DNA of 64,000 nt from positions 77,961 through 141,960 of IMG/VR virus record IMGVR_UViG_3300035698_017437, one strand, 5' to 3'. Below, in pieces: positions 35,095 to 44,705 of this stretch. Each line of letters begins with the position of its first letter. Positions within the stretch are counted from its first letter, which is position 1. Source of the stretch: a virus. The notes beneath the pieces are model-generated. The model was not told the DNA's origin and made no database searches. It saw nothing but the letters and a program-made list of their open reading frames with translations. Made by a program: the position numbers and the translations under genes.

Positions 35095-35420
35095 TGGCTA
35101 CACTGAAGATTAGAAGAGGCACTAAAGCTGAAATATCAGGAATAACTTTAGATCTTTCAGAATTCGGATATTGTACCGACACAAAAGAGGTCTACATTGG
35201 AAACGGTGTAGGCAATACTTTTGTTGCCTCTGAAATTCTTGATGAGGATGATCTAATATCAAATTCATCAACATCTTTAGCTACTCAACAATCCATCAAG
35301 GCGTATGTGGATAATGTGATAGTTGGTGGTGATGGAGAGGCATGTAGCGATTTAGATGGTGGTGAAGCTTCAACTATCTATTCAGTAGCAGATATAATTT
35401 TAGATAGTGGAGGAGCATAA
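35094..35420 (+). CDS. Mtd-N-domain small fibre protein
   Basis: LKIRRGT...EFGYCTDTKEVYIGNG. Confidence 0.65.
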   Translation: MATLKIRRGTKAEISGITLDLSEFGYCTDTKEVYIGNGVGNTFVASEILDEDDLISNSSTSLATQQSIKAYVDNVIVGGDGEACSDLDGGEASTIYSVADIILDSGGA

Positions 35421-35641
35421 TGGCAACAATATTACGACAAAGACGGGATACTGCCGCTAATTGGACTTCTGTAAATCCCATAATTCCTGATGGACAATTA
35501 TGTTTTGATGAGACAAATCACACTTTCAAAATAGGTGATGGATCAACAAACTATGAAAGTTTACCAATACAATCAGGAGTTCCAGGACAAGATGGCGTAA
35601 CTGAAGATGATGTAATTGTGATGGCTATTGCTCTAGGTTAA
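35420..35641 (+). CDS. Mtd-N-domain mini protein
   Basis: RQRRDTAANWTSVNPI..DGQ.CFDETN..FKIGDG; ends MAIALG. Confidence 0.65.
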   Translation: MATILRQRRDTAANWTSVNPIIPDGQLCFDETNHTFKIGDGSTNYESLPIQSGVPGQDGVTEDDVIVMAIALG

Positions 35642-35645
35642 TATT

Positions 35646-36056
35646 ATGATAATATATATTACAATAATAATAATATTTCTCCTAATAACAAATGAATTGT
35701 TTTTATGGGGATTAGGAATAAATCGTCATGCTAATTGGTTATTGGATTTTCCTGAATTAGAAGAAAGGAAATCAGTAAGTCCTAGTATGTTGAACATTTT
35801 ATCTATTATGATTATCGTTTATTGTGTTTTATCTTTATCTTGGTGGTTATATGCTATTCCTATGATGGTTGGAATAGGAATAAAATGTTTTATAGGAGCA
35901 TCTTTCATAACTTCAGCCAGCCATGTTTTATGTATTCATTTAGTTTCTTCTATAGCTAGATACTCTTGTTGTCCACGAAGATTTTGGCCTCCAATCTCTT
36001 CTAATATTTCCCGTATCCTATCAAAACACACCTCACATCCAGAATATCCATTTTAG
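35646..36056 (+). CDS. Multi-pass membrane protein
   Basis: Several hydrophobic helices. Confidence 0.45.
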   Translation: MIIYITIIIIFLLITNELFLWGLGINRHANWLLDFPELEERKSVSPSMLNILSIMIIVYCVLSLSWWLYAIPMMVGIGIKCFIGASFITSASHVLCIHLVSSIARYSCCPRRFWPPISSNISRILSKHTSHPEYPF

Positions 36057-36059
36057 TTG

Positions 36060-36088
36060 TTGACATCTTTTTTCATTCATGTTATAAT
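36060..36088 (+). promoter_or_regulatory. sigma70 promoter; transcript probably leaderless or near-leaderless
   Basis: TTGACA-17-TATAAT with the ATG only 5 nt downstream. Confidence 0.65.
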
Positions 36089-36093
36089 ACACC

Positions 36094-36603
36094 ATGAGAA
36101 AAAATATAATTATAAAAAGTTTGTTGGTTTTTTCTGTATTATTCTGTTCCTCTTCTCAAGCAGATACTAAGGATTCTATTCGGAATTCTCTTCATCTTGA
36201 GGAAATCAGAAGAGAATTCCGTAAGGAACAGAAAGAAAATATTAAATGGCTTGCCTTGAATATTTATTTTGAAGCTAGAGGAGAGTCTATAAAAGGACAA
36301 TTAGCTGTTGCTCTTGTTACCTTGAATAGAGTAGAATCCTCCAAATTTCCAAATACAGTTGAGGATGTTGTAAAACAGAGAAAACAATTCTCATGGCAAT
36401 CTGATGGAAAGAGTGATATTCCTAAAAATAAAAATATTTATAATCAATGTATTATCCTAGCCAAATTAGCATATAATATACATAATCCTAAATCCATGAA
36501 TGAAGCCGACCATTATTACTCAACAATAATTAAGGCACCATTCTGGACTAAGAAAATGATTCAGCTTCAACAAATCGGCAAGCACAAATTTTATAAATCT
36601 TAA
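36094..36603 (+). CDS. SleB/CwlJ-like cell wall hydrolase (Hydrolase_2)
   Basis: LALNIYFEARGES..GQLAVA.V.LNRV....FP.TV..VV.Q..QFSW; IG.H.FY; signal peptide. Confidence 0.92.
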   Translation: MRKNIIIKSLLVFSVLFCSSSQADTKDSIRNSLHLEEIRREFRKEQKENIKWLALNIYFEARGESIKGQLAVALVTLNRVESSKFPNTVEDVVKQRKQFSWQSDGKSDIPKNKNIYNQCIILAKLAYNIHNPKSMNEADHYYSTIIKAPFWTKKMIQLQQIGKHKFYKS

Positions 36604-36618
36604 ATGAGAGTATATAAT

Positions 36619-36852
36619 ATGTCTGTAATAGAAAAATCCCAATTTTCAGAGGAAGTAGAATTATTATTTTCAAGCAATAAAGACCTAAATGTTATTGATG
36701 CTGTTATTGAAATTTGTGAGAAATATTCTTTTGAAGTAGATTCTGTAAAAGCTTTATTATCTAATCCACTAATTGATAAAATTGAATGCCAAGCAAGGAA
36801 ATATAATAATTTGAAACGAACAACTAATGGATCTTTAGGAGCATTTTTATAA
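36619..36852 (+). CDS. 33: Late transcription coactivator gp33
   Basis: FS.EVE....IDAVIEICEK....LS.PL..KIE..A...N; position upstream of 59/32. Confidence 0.8.
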   Translation: MSVIEKSQFSEEVELLFSSNKDLNVIDAVIEICEKYSFEVDSVKALLSNPLIDKIECQARKYNNLKRTTNGSLGAFL

Positions 36853-36966
36853 TAATATCAATATATTACATATAGAGAGTTCTCCAAGACACCTTGGTTG
36901 AATGATTAGAGTTTTTGTATACTAGCATATAACATGAAAAACAAATTGAACCTGTGAGAGATTATC

Positions 36967-37203
36967 ATGCTTAGAGAGAATTTAGAGCTTGGAAGCTGGA
37001 ATGATTTACCCCATTATGCTGTAATTGGAGAGGCATCCAATTTTTATATTTGGGTAAATGAAGATGGACAAGGAAGTTCATGTGAATGGTTGACAGGATC
37101 AACATCTTTTAGTAATTATCATTATCTAAACAGAATTTTCAAAAAAGATAAAAAAGGATTTATCTCCTTAGTGAAGATCATTCATAAAGAGAACATGAAA
37201 TGA
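36967..37203 (+). CDS. Hypothetical protein
   Basis: 78-aa ORF. Confidence 0.5.
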   Translation: MLRENLELGSWNDLPHYAVIGEASNFYIWVNEDGQGSSCEWLTGSTSFSNYHYLNRIFKKDKKGFISLVKIIHKENMK

Positions 37204-37790
37204 AAACAATTACTGGATATCTTGTCTATAAAAATTTCTTTTCATTTAGACGACATTTCTCTGGATTATATGATCTGAAATTATATGGAATGAATCCTGT
37301 AAAATTACCTTTTGAGAAATATGAAAATTCCCATGAAAAATGGATGTTTGATACAATAGCAAAGAGAATAAAAAAGTTGGATAAACTTCAAGAACTGTTA
37401 GTTGTATCCTTCAAAGAAAAAGATAGATCTGTATATGAAATTGTAGACAATTTAGATTCCTTAGAGAAAGATGTTGGAATATGGAGAACTCAAGTTCAAG
37501 CTTCAGAATATAATTTCAGCCAAGAAATGAAAGAATTATTCTCAAGAGGAATAAAAATTCAGAAAGGTATTGCCGATATCCTACTTGAAGAATATCTGAA
37601 CGGAAAAATAAACTTGAACACCTTCTGTATCTGTTACCAAGTATTTGGTTTTGATAGATTATTAGGTGAAGATAATTTCATTTGGGATAATGGCAGAGGA
37701 GAAAGAATCAAAGCATACATGAAATTGATATCCTTTGATGTATCTAAATATCAACTCATATCCAAGAATCTTCTGGAGTGTTCAAAATGA
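37200..37790 (+). CDS. 59: Helicase loader gp59
   Basis: VYK.F..FRRHFSG.YD...Y; LLEEYL.GKI.L.TF; synteny. Confidence 0.7.
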   Translation: MKTITGYLVYKNFFSFRRHFSGLYDLKLYGMNPVKLPFEKYENSHEKWMFDTIAKRIKKLDKLQELLVVSFKEKDRSVYEIVDNLDSLEKDVGIWRTQVQASEYNFSQEMKELFSRGIKIQKGIADILLEEYLNGKINLNTFCICYQVFGFDRLLGEDNFIWDNGRGERIKAYMKLISFDVSKYQLISKNLLECSK

Positions 37791-38224
37791 AAATGAAAAC
37801 AGACTATGGACTTCTTGATGGATCAGAACAACAAATAAAAACCCTCACCAAGCGACTAATGTTGAGTAATTGGTGGGGCAAAAAACAAGAAGATACCTTA
37901 CCTAACCTGCTATTGGATTGTGTGAATCATGTTAGAGTGAAAATGTTATATTCTCCAAAAGATTTTCGTTTCCATATTATTCTAACGGACTCCGATAATA
38001 TAAACTCTATACAAATGAATTTATATGGAAAGATTCGTTATCCTAAAATCCCATCTTTCGTTTCTTTATCCAGAAAAACTATATATGTGAATATTGATAA
38101 GATCAATAGAAAAGTTTTATATCATGAAATTGGACATTTGATGTTCAATGATCTGATAGACAATAAAAGGGTTGGTTCCTCTTTACATGAACATATAGCC
38201 CAGTTTTGTGAAAATAAATGTTGA
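37787..38224 (+). CDS. HExxH motif protein
   Basis: VLYHEIGHL...HE.IA. Confidence 0.55.
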   Translation: MKMKTDYGLLDGSEQQIKTLTKRLMLSNWWGKKQEDTLPNLLLDCVNHVRVKMLYSPKDFRFHIILTDSDNINSIQMNLYGKIRYPKIPSFVSLSRKTIYVNIDKINRKVLYHEIGHLMFNDLIDNKRVGSSLHEHIAQFCENKC

Positions 38225-38298
38225 CTTCTCGTTCCATACATGTTATAATAGTGTATACAGAATGAGAAATATCTAATTCAAAATGGAGATTCAAAATG
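38221..38298 (+). promoter_or_regulatory. Promoter/stem-loop/RBS cassette copy
   Basis: TTGACT-17-TATAAT AGTGTATACAGAATGAGAA...AATTCAAAATGGAGATTCAAAATG. Confidence 0.85.
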
Positions 38299-38550
38299 AT
38301 TATAGATACCAAACTTGTTGCTTATTTCTACAATAAACAATTGAACATCCCCTATACTGTTGAGCTAGATTTTGACCTCGATCTTGTTTATATTCATCCT
38401 TCCAAAGATACTTTCGGTATGTGGACTTACAACACAAAAGATTTTCTTGATCTTTCTGGTGATATGTTATACCTTGATTATGGTCAAGAATGGTATGTTA
38501 TGGGAATTCAGGATGTTATTACAGAAGTAAATGATCTCATTACAGGATGA
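38296..38550 (+). CDS. Hypothetical protein
   Basis: Cassette RBS. Confidence 0.6.
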   Translation: MIIDTKLVAYFYNKQLNIPYTVELDFDLDLVYIHPSKDTFGMWTYNTKDFLDLSGDMLYLDYGQEWYVMGIQDVITEVNDLITG

Positions 38551-38607
38551 GATTAAAATTCTTGCTCTTGCTAGAGCTTTTAGGGCTAAAACAGGGAGGT
38601 GCTGTTG

Positions 38608-39750
38608 ATGGAAGTATTCAATAATGAAATAAAACCAATAAAATCTTGGGCAAAAGATCTTGAAAAGGGAGCTCTTGAGCAAGCTAAAAATTTAGCAAAT
38701 CTTCCTTTTGTGTTCAAGCATGTTGCTATTATGCCAGATTCCCATCAAGGATATGGTGCTCCCATCGGAGCAGTAGTAGCAACCGAGAATGTAGTAGTTC
38801 CTAATATTTGTGGAGTGGATATCGGATGTGGGGTTCTAGCTTGTAAAACTCTCCTAAAAAATCCTTCTATGAAACGTATTATTGAATGGAAAAAAGAAAT
38901 TCAAAATTCTATTCCATTGGGATTCAATTCTCATAAAGAACCTCAAGAATTTTGGTATGACAATGATACATATGATTTTGATAATCTTCCAATTGTCTCA
39001 AGAGAAATGGAAAAGGCTTCCTACTCTTTAGGTTCGCTGGGATCAGGCAATCATTTTCTGGAATTACAAAAAGATGGAGAAGGTTACCTTTGGGTTATGA
39101 TTCATTCTGGATCCAGAAATATTGGATATCAAGTAGCAAAACATTACAATGATGTTGCGAAAGATTTGAATAAAAGATGGTTTTCTTCAGTACCTAAAGA
39201 ACATGATTTGGCTTTCCTTCCTCTTGATACAGATCTTGGAAAAAGATATATGAAGGAAATGGAATATTGTGTTGATTATGCTTCTGTGAACAGAGAAAGG
39301 ATGTTTAAGGTTATTATAAATATTCTTCAATGTTTTCATAATGCTCCTATAAACATTGCCCATAATTATGCGGCATTAGAAAATCATTATGGAAAGAATG
39401 TTGTTGTTCATAGAAAAGGAGCTACAAGAGCATATAAGGATCAATTAGGTGTTATTCCAGGATCTCAAGGAACATCTTCATTCATTGTTAGAGGATTAGG
39501 GAATAAAGAATCTTTTTCATCTTGTTCTCATGGAGCTGGAAGAAAATTGGGTCGTAAGGCTGCCATAAGAGAATTAGATGTAAAGGTAGAGCAAGAAAAA
39601 ATGGAAGGTATTCTTCATTCTATAGTAGGAACTAAACAGCTTGATGAGGCACCTGGAGCCTATAAAGATATATATGAAGTTATGAAGAACCAAAAAGATT
39701 TAGTGGAAATTGTAACTGAACTAAAACCTCTTGCCGTGGTGAAAGGATGA
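38608..39750 (+). CDS. rtcB: RtcB 3'-phosphate RNA ligase
   Basis: MPDSHQGYG.PIG, GVDIGCG, GSGNHFLE, HSGSR, HNYA, HRKGA, SHGAGR, DEAPGAYK. Confidence 0.96.
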   Translation: MEVFNNEIKPIKSWAKDLEKGALEQAKNLANLPFVFKHVAIMPDSHQGYGAPIGAVVATENVVVPNICGVDIGCGVLACKTLLKNPSMKRIIEWKKEIQNSIPLGFNSHKEPQEFWYDNDTYDFDNLPIVSREMEKASYSLGSLGSGNHFLELQKDGEGYLWVMIHSGSRNIGYQVAKHYNDVAKDLNKRWFSSVPKEHDLAFLPLDTDLGKRYMKEMEYCVDYASVNRERMFKVIINILQCFHNAPINIAHNYAALENHYGKNVVVHRKGATRAYKDQLGVIPGSQGTSSFIVRGLGNKESFSSCSHGAGRKLGRKAAIRELDVKVEQEKMEGILHSIVGTKQLDEAPGAYKDIYEVMKNQKDLVEIVTELKPLAVVKG

Positions 39751-39971
39751 TATCTAAACTAAAGAAAATTTCAAATCTTATTTCTGAAGTAGATGATGAA
39801 GTATGGAAAGTATTTTTTGAATACCAAAAAGAAAGGGGATTTTATTTTTCCGATCCTGAAAGATGGGTAATTGATGATGATATCATTACATTTATAGGAG
39901 AGGATGGATGTATGGGAGTTTATGCGTCTATGTCTGTAGAAATCCCTCTATCATACTTCAAGAAAAAATGA
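39747..39971 (+). CDS. Hypothetical protein
   Basis: Coupled to rtcB (ATGA overlap). Confidence 0.55.
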   Translation: MISKLKKISNLISEVDDEVWKVFFEYQKERGFYFSDPERWVIDDDIITFIGEDGCMGVYASMSVEIPLSYFKKK

Positions 39972-40219
39972 GAAACCTTCATAAAAATACAGGCAAACAT
40001 AAAAAAGAGTTCAAATTAGGCAGATGGATGTTGTTTTATAATAGAGCAGAGGATCCATCTGTAAAATGGTATAAACGTCTTTGGTCTACAGATAAAGAAA
40101 ATACACGATCTAATCATTTATTTTCTATAGATAATATAGAAAGTAAGGAATATGATAATAAAGCTTTTGTTATCTATATGGGACCATTTCAAGTTTACAT
40201 AGGGAGAATAAAAAAATAA
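39968..40219 (+). CDS. Hypothetical protein
   Basis: ATGA overlap with the upstream gene. Confidence 0.5.
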   Translation: MRNLHKNTGKHKKEFKLGRWMLFYNRAEDPSVKWYKRLWSTDKENTRSNHLFSIDNIESKEYDNKAFVIYMGPFQVYIGRIKK

Positions 40220-40247
40220 AGAGAAAACATTTCTCTTGACAATCATC

Positions 40248-40402
40248 TATAAATATACTATATTAAGGTAACGACTGAAACCACTAAAAAGAGAGAGGAT
40301 CTTATGTAATCTGTCCCTAAAGAGGACATACACCACGAATAGGCAAATCGTATAAAATCGCCTCAAATAGAATAAAAAAATAAAAATAAAAAGGAAATAA
40401 AT
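40248..40402 (+). promoter_or_regulatory. Gene 32 promoter(s) and long leader, putative translational operator
   Basis: TTGACA 40236, TATAAATA 40248, small hairpins, then an A-rich unstructured tract up to the AAGGA SD. Confidence 0.55.
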
Positions 40403-41332
40403 ATGGTAGATTTCGCCGCATTATCAACTTCTAAAAGTGCTTCTAAATTTCAAAATCTAATCAATGCCGCAAAACGGTCTTCTTTGGGAAAAGAAAAGAA
40501 AGATTATTCTGATTCAGATTCTTGGTATCCTGAACGGGATAACGAGGGAAATGGTCAGGCTATTATCCGCTTTCTTCCTGGACTTGAATCTGAAGGAACT
40601 CCAATCTTTGTTGAACTTTATTCTCATGGATTTGAAGGATCTGGTGGTAAATGGATGGTAGAGAATTGTCCTACTACTATTGATAAGGATTGTCCTGTTT
40701 GTGATGCTAATAGAAAGATTGTGAAACAATATGATAGTTGGCAATCAACTCCAAAAGAGAAACAAAAGATTTGTCAAAGACGTAAACGTAAACAAGCATA
40801 TCATTGTAATATTCTAATTATCTCTGATAAAGCTAATCCAGAGAATAATGGTAGAGTATGTAAATTCCGTTTTGGTAAAACAATTATGGATATGATTATG
40901 GGTAAACTCGCACCTGAATTTGATGATATTGAACCTATTAATGTTTTTGATTATATTGATGGAGCGAACTTCAGAATGGTAGTTGGCAAAGATGATGGTT
41001 GGGTTTCATATAAAAAATCCACTTTTGATTCGGTTTCTCCTCTTGACAAAAAAACGATCAAGACTTGTGAAGAGTCTCAATTCCATATTCTTCCCCTAGT
41101 TGGAGAGGATCAATTCAAATCTGTTGAAGATCTCCAAAAACGATTTGATGAAGTTGAGAATGAGGATAATTCTAGAGGTTCTGCTGAGGATTACTCTAAA
41201 GAAACTGAAAGTCCTCAAGAGAAGATGAAAAAAACTTCTGAAAAGAAATCTCCCAAAAAAGAAAAAGTAGTGGAGGAATCTGATGAATCAGTTGATTCAT
41301 GGCTGAAAAGTCTAGCTGATTCAGAAGCCTAA
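40403..41332 (+). CDS. 32: Single-stranded DNA-binding protein gp32
   Basis: GNGQAIIRFLP, YSHGF, ENCPTT...CPVC, NI....D.ANPENNGRV..FRFGK.I, GANF; acidic tail. Confidence 0.96.
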   Translation: MVDFAALSTSKSASKFQNLINAAKRSSLGKEKKDYSDSDSWYPERDNEGNGQAIIRFLPGLESEGTPIFVELYSHGFEGSGGKWMVENCPTTIDKDCPVCDANRKIVKQYDSWQSTPKEKQKICQRRKRKQAYHCNILIISDKANPENNGRVCKFRFGKTIMDMIMGKLAPEFDDIEPINVFDYIDGANFRMVVGKDDGWVSYKKSTFDSVSPLDKKTIKTCEESQFHILPLVGEDQFKSVEDLQKRFDEVENEDNSRGSAEDYSKETESPQEKMKKTSEKKSPKKEKVVEESDESVDSWLKSLADSEA

Positions 41333-41334
41333 AT

Positions 41335-41378
41335 AAAAAAGCTCTTACTGATTTCTTTCTCGGTAAGAGCTTTTTTTA
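41335..41378. terminator. Bidirectional terminator between convergent genes
   Basis: AAAAAAGCTCTTACTGA...TCGGTAAGAGCTTTTTTT. Confidence 0.85.
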
Positions 41379-41379
41379 T

Positions 41380-43800
41380 CTAAAAGTTTCCTTGAGTTAC
41401 TGCTAATACTCCAATATCAAAATTTCTTGATTCTAAAGGAGTATTCACCTGAGAACTATTACTAACATTTGTACTAGATGAATTGTTATTATTAGTTATT
41501 ATGGGTTGAATATTTTGAGATATTTCTTTAGATTCTTTTTTATCAAATTCTTTCTTTTTATTTTCTAAAGAAGTTCCAACTATTTCTCTTGCGGTCGCTA
41601 AGGGATTTTCATATTTCAAGGTAGAGTTTTCTCTTCCCTCAAAAGCTGTAGGTTTATGTGAAGAAATAGTTTCATATTCTAGTAAAGATCCCTTGCCTCT
41701 ATTATCATTCAAAATATCCTTTTCGCTCAACTGGATAGGTTGTATATTTTTCTGTTTTTCCTTTTTACCTATTCCCAATTTATCCTTCAACCAACCTCTA
41801 GCTTCATCAAAAGGTATCATGTTTGTGACTGATTCCAACACAGAACCCATCATTTCTTTCAAATCAATATCGGGAAGAAAAGTATCTCCTATCATATTCT
41901 TGACAAAATCATATATTCTTTGAAATGCTCCTGTAATAAAAGTCAATGGATTGTTTTCTAAAATTGTTGATAAAGCTTTATCTATATCTCCAGTGAATAA
42001 TTCCTTTATCGCAATGAAAGGCGCTTTCACTAAATTGAATATACTTTCTATATTTTCACCCAACATAGAGAAGAATATGTCTATTGAACCCATTATTTTA
42101 GAAGCGAAACCTCCCTCAATTTGAGTACCGAATAGTCCAAGAATTTTATCTACTACCCAACCGAATAATTTTATAGGCAATTCAAAGAATCCTTTCAATA
42201 CTTCTGATAATCCTGCCATTGTTTTTTCTAATATAGATCCCTCTGATGCTTGGTATCCTTTAACAAAATCATAAATTCCCATAAGAATAGATATTGGCCA
42301 TCCGAGACCTTTTAGAGCAAACTTGAAAGCTCCTGCGAATTTGCCAATAAGGGGAATAGCTTTCTTCATCATTTCACCAATTCCTTTCATATTACCAAAG
42401 AATTTGATTATAGGTTCAAAAAACTTTCCAACTTTTCCAGAAACATATAAGAAACCCTCTTTTACTTTATCAAAAAAGGCAAACATCGGAGCAAAAGATT
42501 TTTGGATAAGTTTTACTCTATTCCCGATGAATTTACCAAATGATATAAGAACTTCAAAAGGTTTGATGAAATATGCTATAGCACTACCAATTACTGCTCC
42601 TAAAGTTATTGCCGCTCCTGTTAGGACTGCTCCTATGTTTATAAAGATATTATCCCAGAAACTTGATTCAACCTCTGGAGCTTCTAAATTCAAATCTAAA
42701 TTTTCTAGAGCTTCTAGTTGTTTTTCTTGAAATTGAATTTGTTCCCTATATTTCTCTTCTTGAGAAACTTTATCCATTTTATCGGATACTGTTTGCTGTT
42801 CAAGACTAGATAATATATTGGAAAGTATTTCATTGCCCGAATTATCTGATTCATCTTCAGGACCACTCTCTAGAGCTTTTATGATATCTGTACGAAGAAT
42901 ATCCAAACCTTCCTCTGTAGCCATTGCTTGAAAGAGTTTCAATGCTTCTGGATCTGTTTCATTTTGTATAGCAGAATCAATTTCTTTTTTCACCTCTTCC
43001 ATGGCAACATCTAAGGATCCATCTTTATTTCCTGCTATATCTTCCAAAGCATCTTTTGCTTGTTTTTCTGCTTCTTGTTTTATTTCTTTATTTGCTTCCT
43101 CTAAGGCTTTTTGAGATTCTGTTACTTTTTCTAATTGTTCATTATATGATGCCAAGGCAGCTGATTCAGTTTCTTCTTTTGATTTATTTTTTTCTTCTTT
43201 ACGACTTCTCATGAAATCGCCTATAGCTCCACCAGCAAACATAGCAAGAGGAGAATCACCTAGAACACCAGCTAATATGCCGCCAATATCTGGCATATTA
43301 TTACTAACAGCACTCCCAATCATTTTAGCGTTTGATAATCTATTTGATTTATCAAAATTTATTTGTTCTTTTACTAAGGATTCCTGTCTTTTCAAGGATT
43401 GTAATTGATCTGAGGTAAGATCTCCTGAATCATCAATTGAATCTATAACTTCTGACAATTTCTTTTCTTGAATTTTGAGAGAGAATCTTGAAGATGTGTC
43501 GCTTACTTCTTTGAAAACTGAACCAATCCTTTCAGATAATCTATCAAAGGTTTTGCTCTGAAGAGATTCATCACCTCTCTCGGCATCTAATCCAGTTTTA
43601 GAAGTAAAATTTTGTTGTTGATTATTATTGTTTGTCTTTTTCCAAGATTTCAGGAATGAGGATAGACCACCATCTTTCATAGAATCAACAGATTTATTAT
43701 AAACTCGTTCTACGTTTCTCCTATCATTTTCTACATTGGCCTCTAAACGGGCTAATCTAATATCATTCATTCTTGATTTATTTTCTTGGTCCATCTTCAT
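41380..43800 (-). CDS. Tape measure / baseplate hub protein (gp29-like)
   Basis: 806 aa, helical with amphipathic repeats; downstream of gp26/gp51. Confidence 0.75.
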   Translation of the reverse strand: MKMDQENKSRMNDIRLARLEANVENDRRNVERVYNKSVDSMKDGGLSSFLKSWKKTNNNNQQQNFTSKTGLDAERGDESLQSKTFDRLSERIGSVFKEVSDTSSRFSLKIQEKKLSEVIDSIDDSGDLTSDQLQSLKRQESLVKEQINFDKSNRLSNAKMIGSAVSNNMPDIGGILAGVLGDSPLAMFAGGAIGDFMRSRKEEKNKSKEETESAALASYNEQLEKVTESQKALEEANKEIKQEAEKQAKDALEDIAGNKDGSLDVAMEEVKKEIDSAIQNETDPEALKLFQAMATEEGLDILRTDIIKALESGPEDESDNSGNEILSNILSSLEQQTVSDKMDKVSQEEKYREQIQFQEKQLEALENLDLNLEAPEVESSFWDNIFINIGAVLTGAAITLGAVIGSAIAYFIKPFEVLISFGKFIGNRVKLIQKSFAPMFAFFDKVKEGFLYVSGKVGKFFEPIIKFFGNMKGIGEMMKKAIPLIGKFAGAFKFALKGLGWPISILMGIYDFVKGYQASEGSILEKTMAGLSEVLKGFFELPIKLFGWVVDKILGLFGTQIEGGFASKIMGSIDIFFSMLGENIESIFNLVKAPFIAIKELFTGDIDKALSTILENNPLTFITGAFQRIYDFVKNMIGDTFLPDIDLKEMMGSVLESVTNMIPFDEARGWLKDKLGIGKKEKQKNIQPIQLSEKDILNDNRGKGSLLEYETISSHKPTAFEGRENSTLKYENPLATAREIVGTSLENKKKEFDKKESKEISQNIQPIITNNNNSSSTNVSNSSQVNTPLESRNFDIGVLAVTQGNF

Positions 43801-43834
43801 TCCTTATTATATTTTGTAATGCTCTTTCACATCT

Positions 43835-43990
43835 TCACTTATCTTTATTGATTTTCTGGACAAGCAAAGCTATGTAAATCTCCCTTTCCCACGGCATCAT
43901 CAACTCTATTTCTGTCAAAGACCAATTAAAGTTTTCCATCAAACTAAAATTGGTCTTATAAACAGCTAAAAGAGAACTGTGGGAGGTCAT
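43835..43990 (-). CDS. 51: Baseplate hub assembly catalyst gp51-like (51 aa, not in the ORF track)
   Basis: SLLAVYKTNFSLME.FNWSLTEIE.MMPWEREIYIALL. Confidence 0.85.
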   Translation of the reverse strand: MTSHSSLLAVYKTNFSLMENFNWSLTEIELMMPWEREIYIALLVQKINKDK

Positions 43991-44691
43991 TAGGCGAAAA
44001 AATCGCTAAGACCCTTAAACTCATGTTTGACTATAAATCCACAATGAGAACATTTTTCGTTGATATTATAGGACATTCTTGGCATTGTATCAAAAAACTC
44101 TTTTACTTTTGAAAATTGTCCTGAAGTCATAGAATCCAAAAACTCTCCTATTTCTTCTTTTGATAAATCTGAAGAATTGTATATAACATCACCAATCATA
44201 ACAGAATCAACCATTGATACTACAAGAGCAAACATTTTTTCTGGATCTTCAGAATCTTCCATGACACTTTCAAGAGTAGGATAATTCATAGTAATAATAA
44301 CATCCTCAGATATAGCAATATTCTTTGAATGTTTTTTATCTTTCTTGATCTTCACTTTCTCAAGGTCAATCTCAATCTCAATTTTCTTTTTACATTCAGG
44401 ACATGAAAAATTGATTTCTACAACTTCGCCTACAGAAGCTCCCCTTAATTTTATAAATAAAAACTCAATATCAAATGTAGCTAACTTTTCAACGTCTAAT
44501 ACTTCAAACGAGCAAGCAAAAATAATATCTTTCATTGCTAAAACTACATCTTCGGGATTTTTAGATTCTTTAGCTGCCAGAAGAATTTTTTCTTCTTTGA
44601 CTAAAAAGGGCCTCATTTTAACTTTTTTATTTGTTGATGGTACAGTAACCGTAAATGATGGCACAGCTAACTTGGGTAGAACTGATTCCAT
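43990..44691 (-). CDS. 26: Baseplate hub subunit gp26
   Basis: LPKL..P......PST...VK.RPFLVKEEKILL; FDIEFLFIKLR..SVGE; GLSDFF. Confidence 0.9.
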   Translation of the reverse strand: MESVLPKLAVPSFTVTVPSTNKKVKMRPFLVKEEKILLAAKESKNPEDVVLAMKDIIFACSFEVLDVEKLATFDIEFLFIKLRGASVGEVVEINFSCPECKKKIEIEIDLEKVKIKKDKKHSKNIAISEDVIITMNYPTLESVMEDSEDPEKMFALVVSMVDSVMIGDVIYNSSDLSKEEIGEFLDSMTSGQFSKVKEFFDTMPRMSYNINEKCSHCGFIVKHEFKGLSDFFA

Positions 44692-44705
44692 AATAATCCT
44701 CTCTT

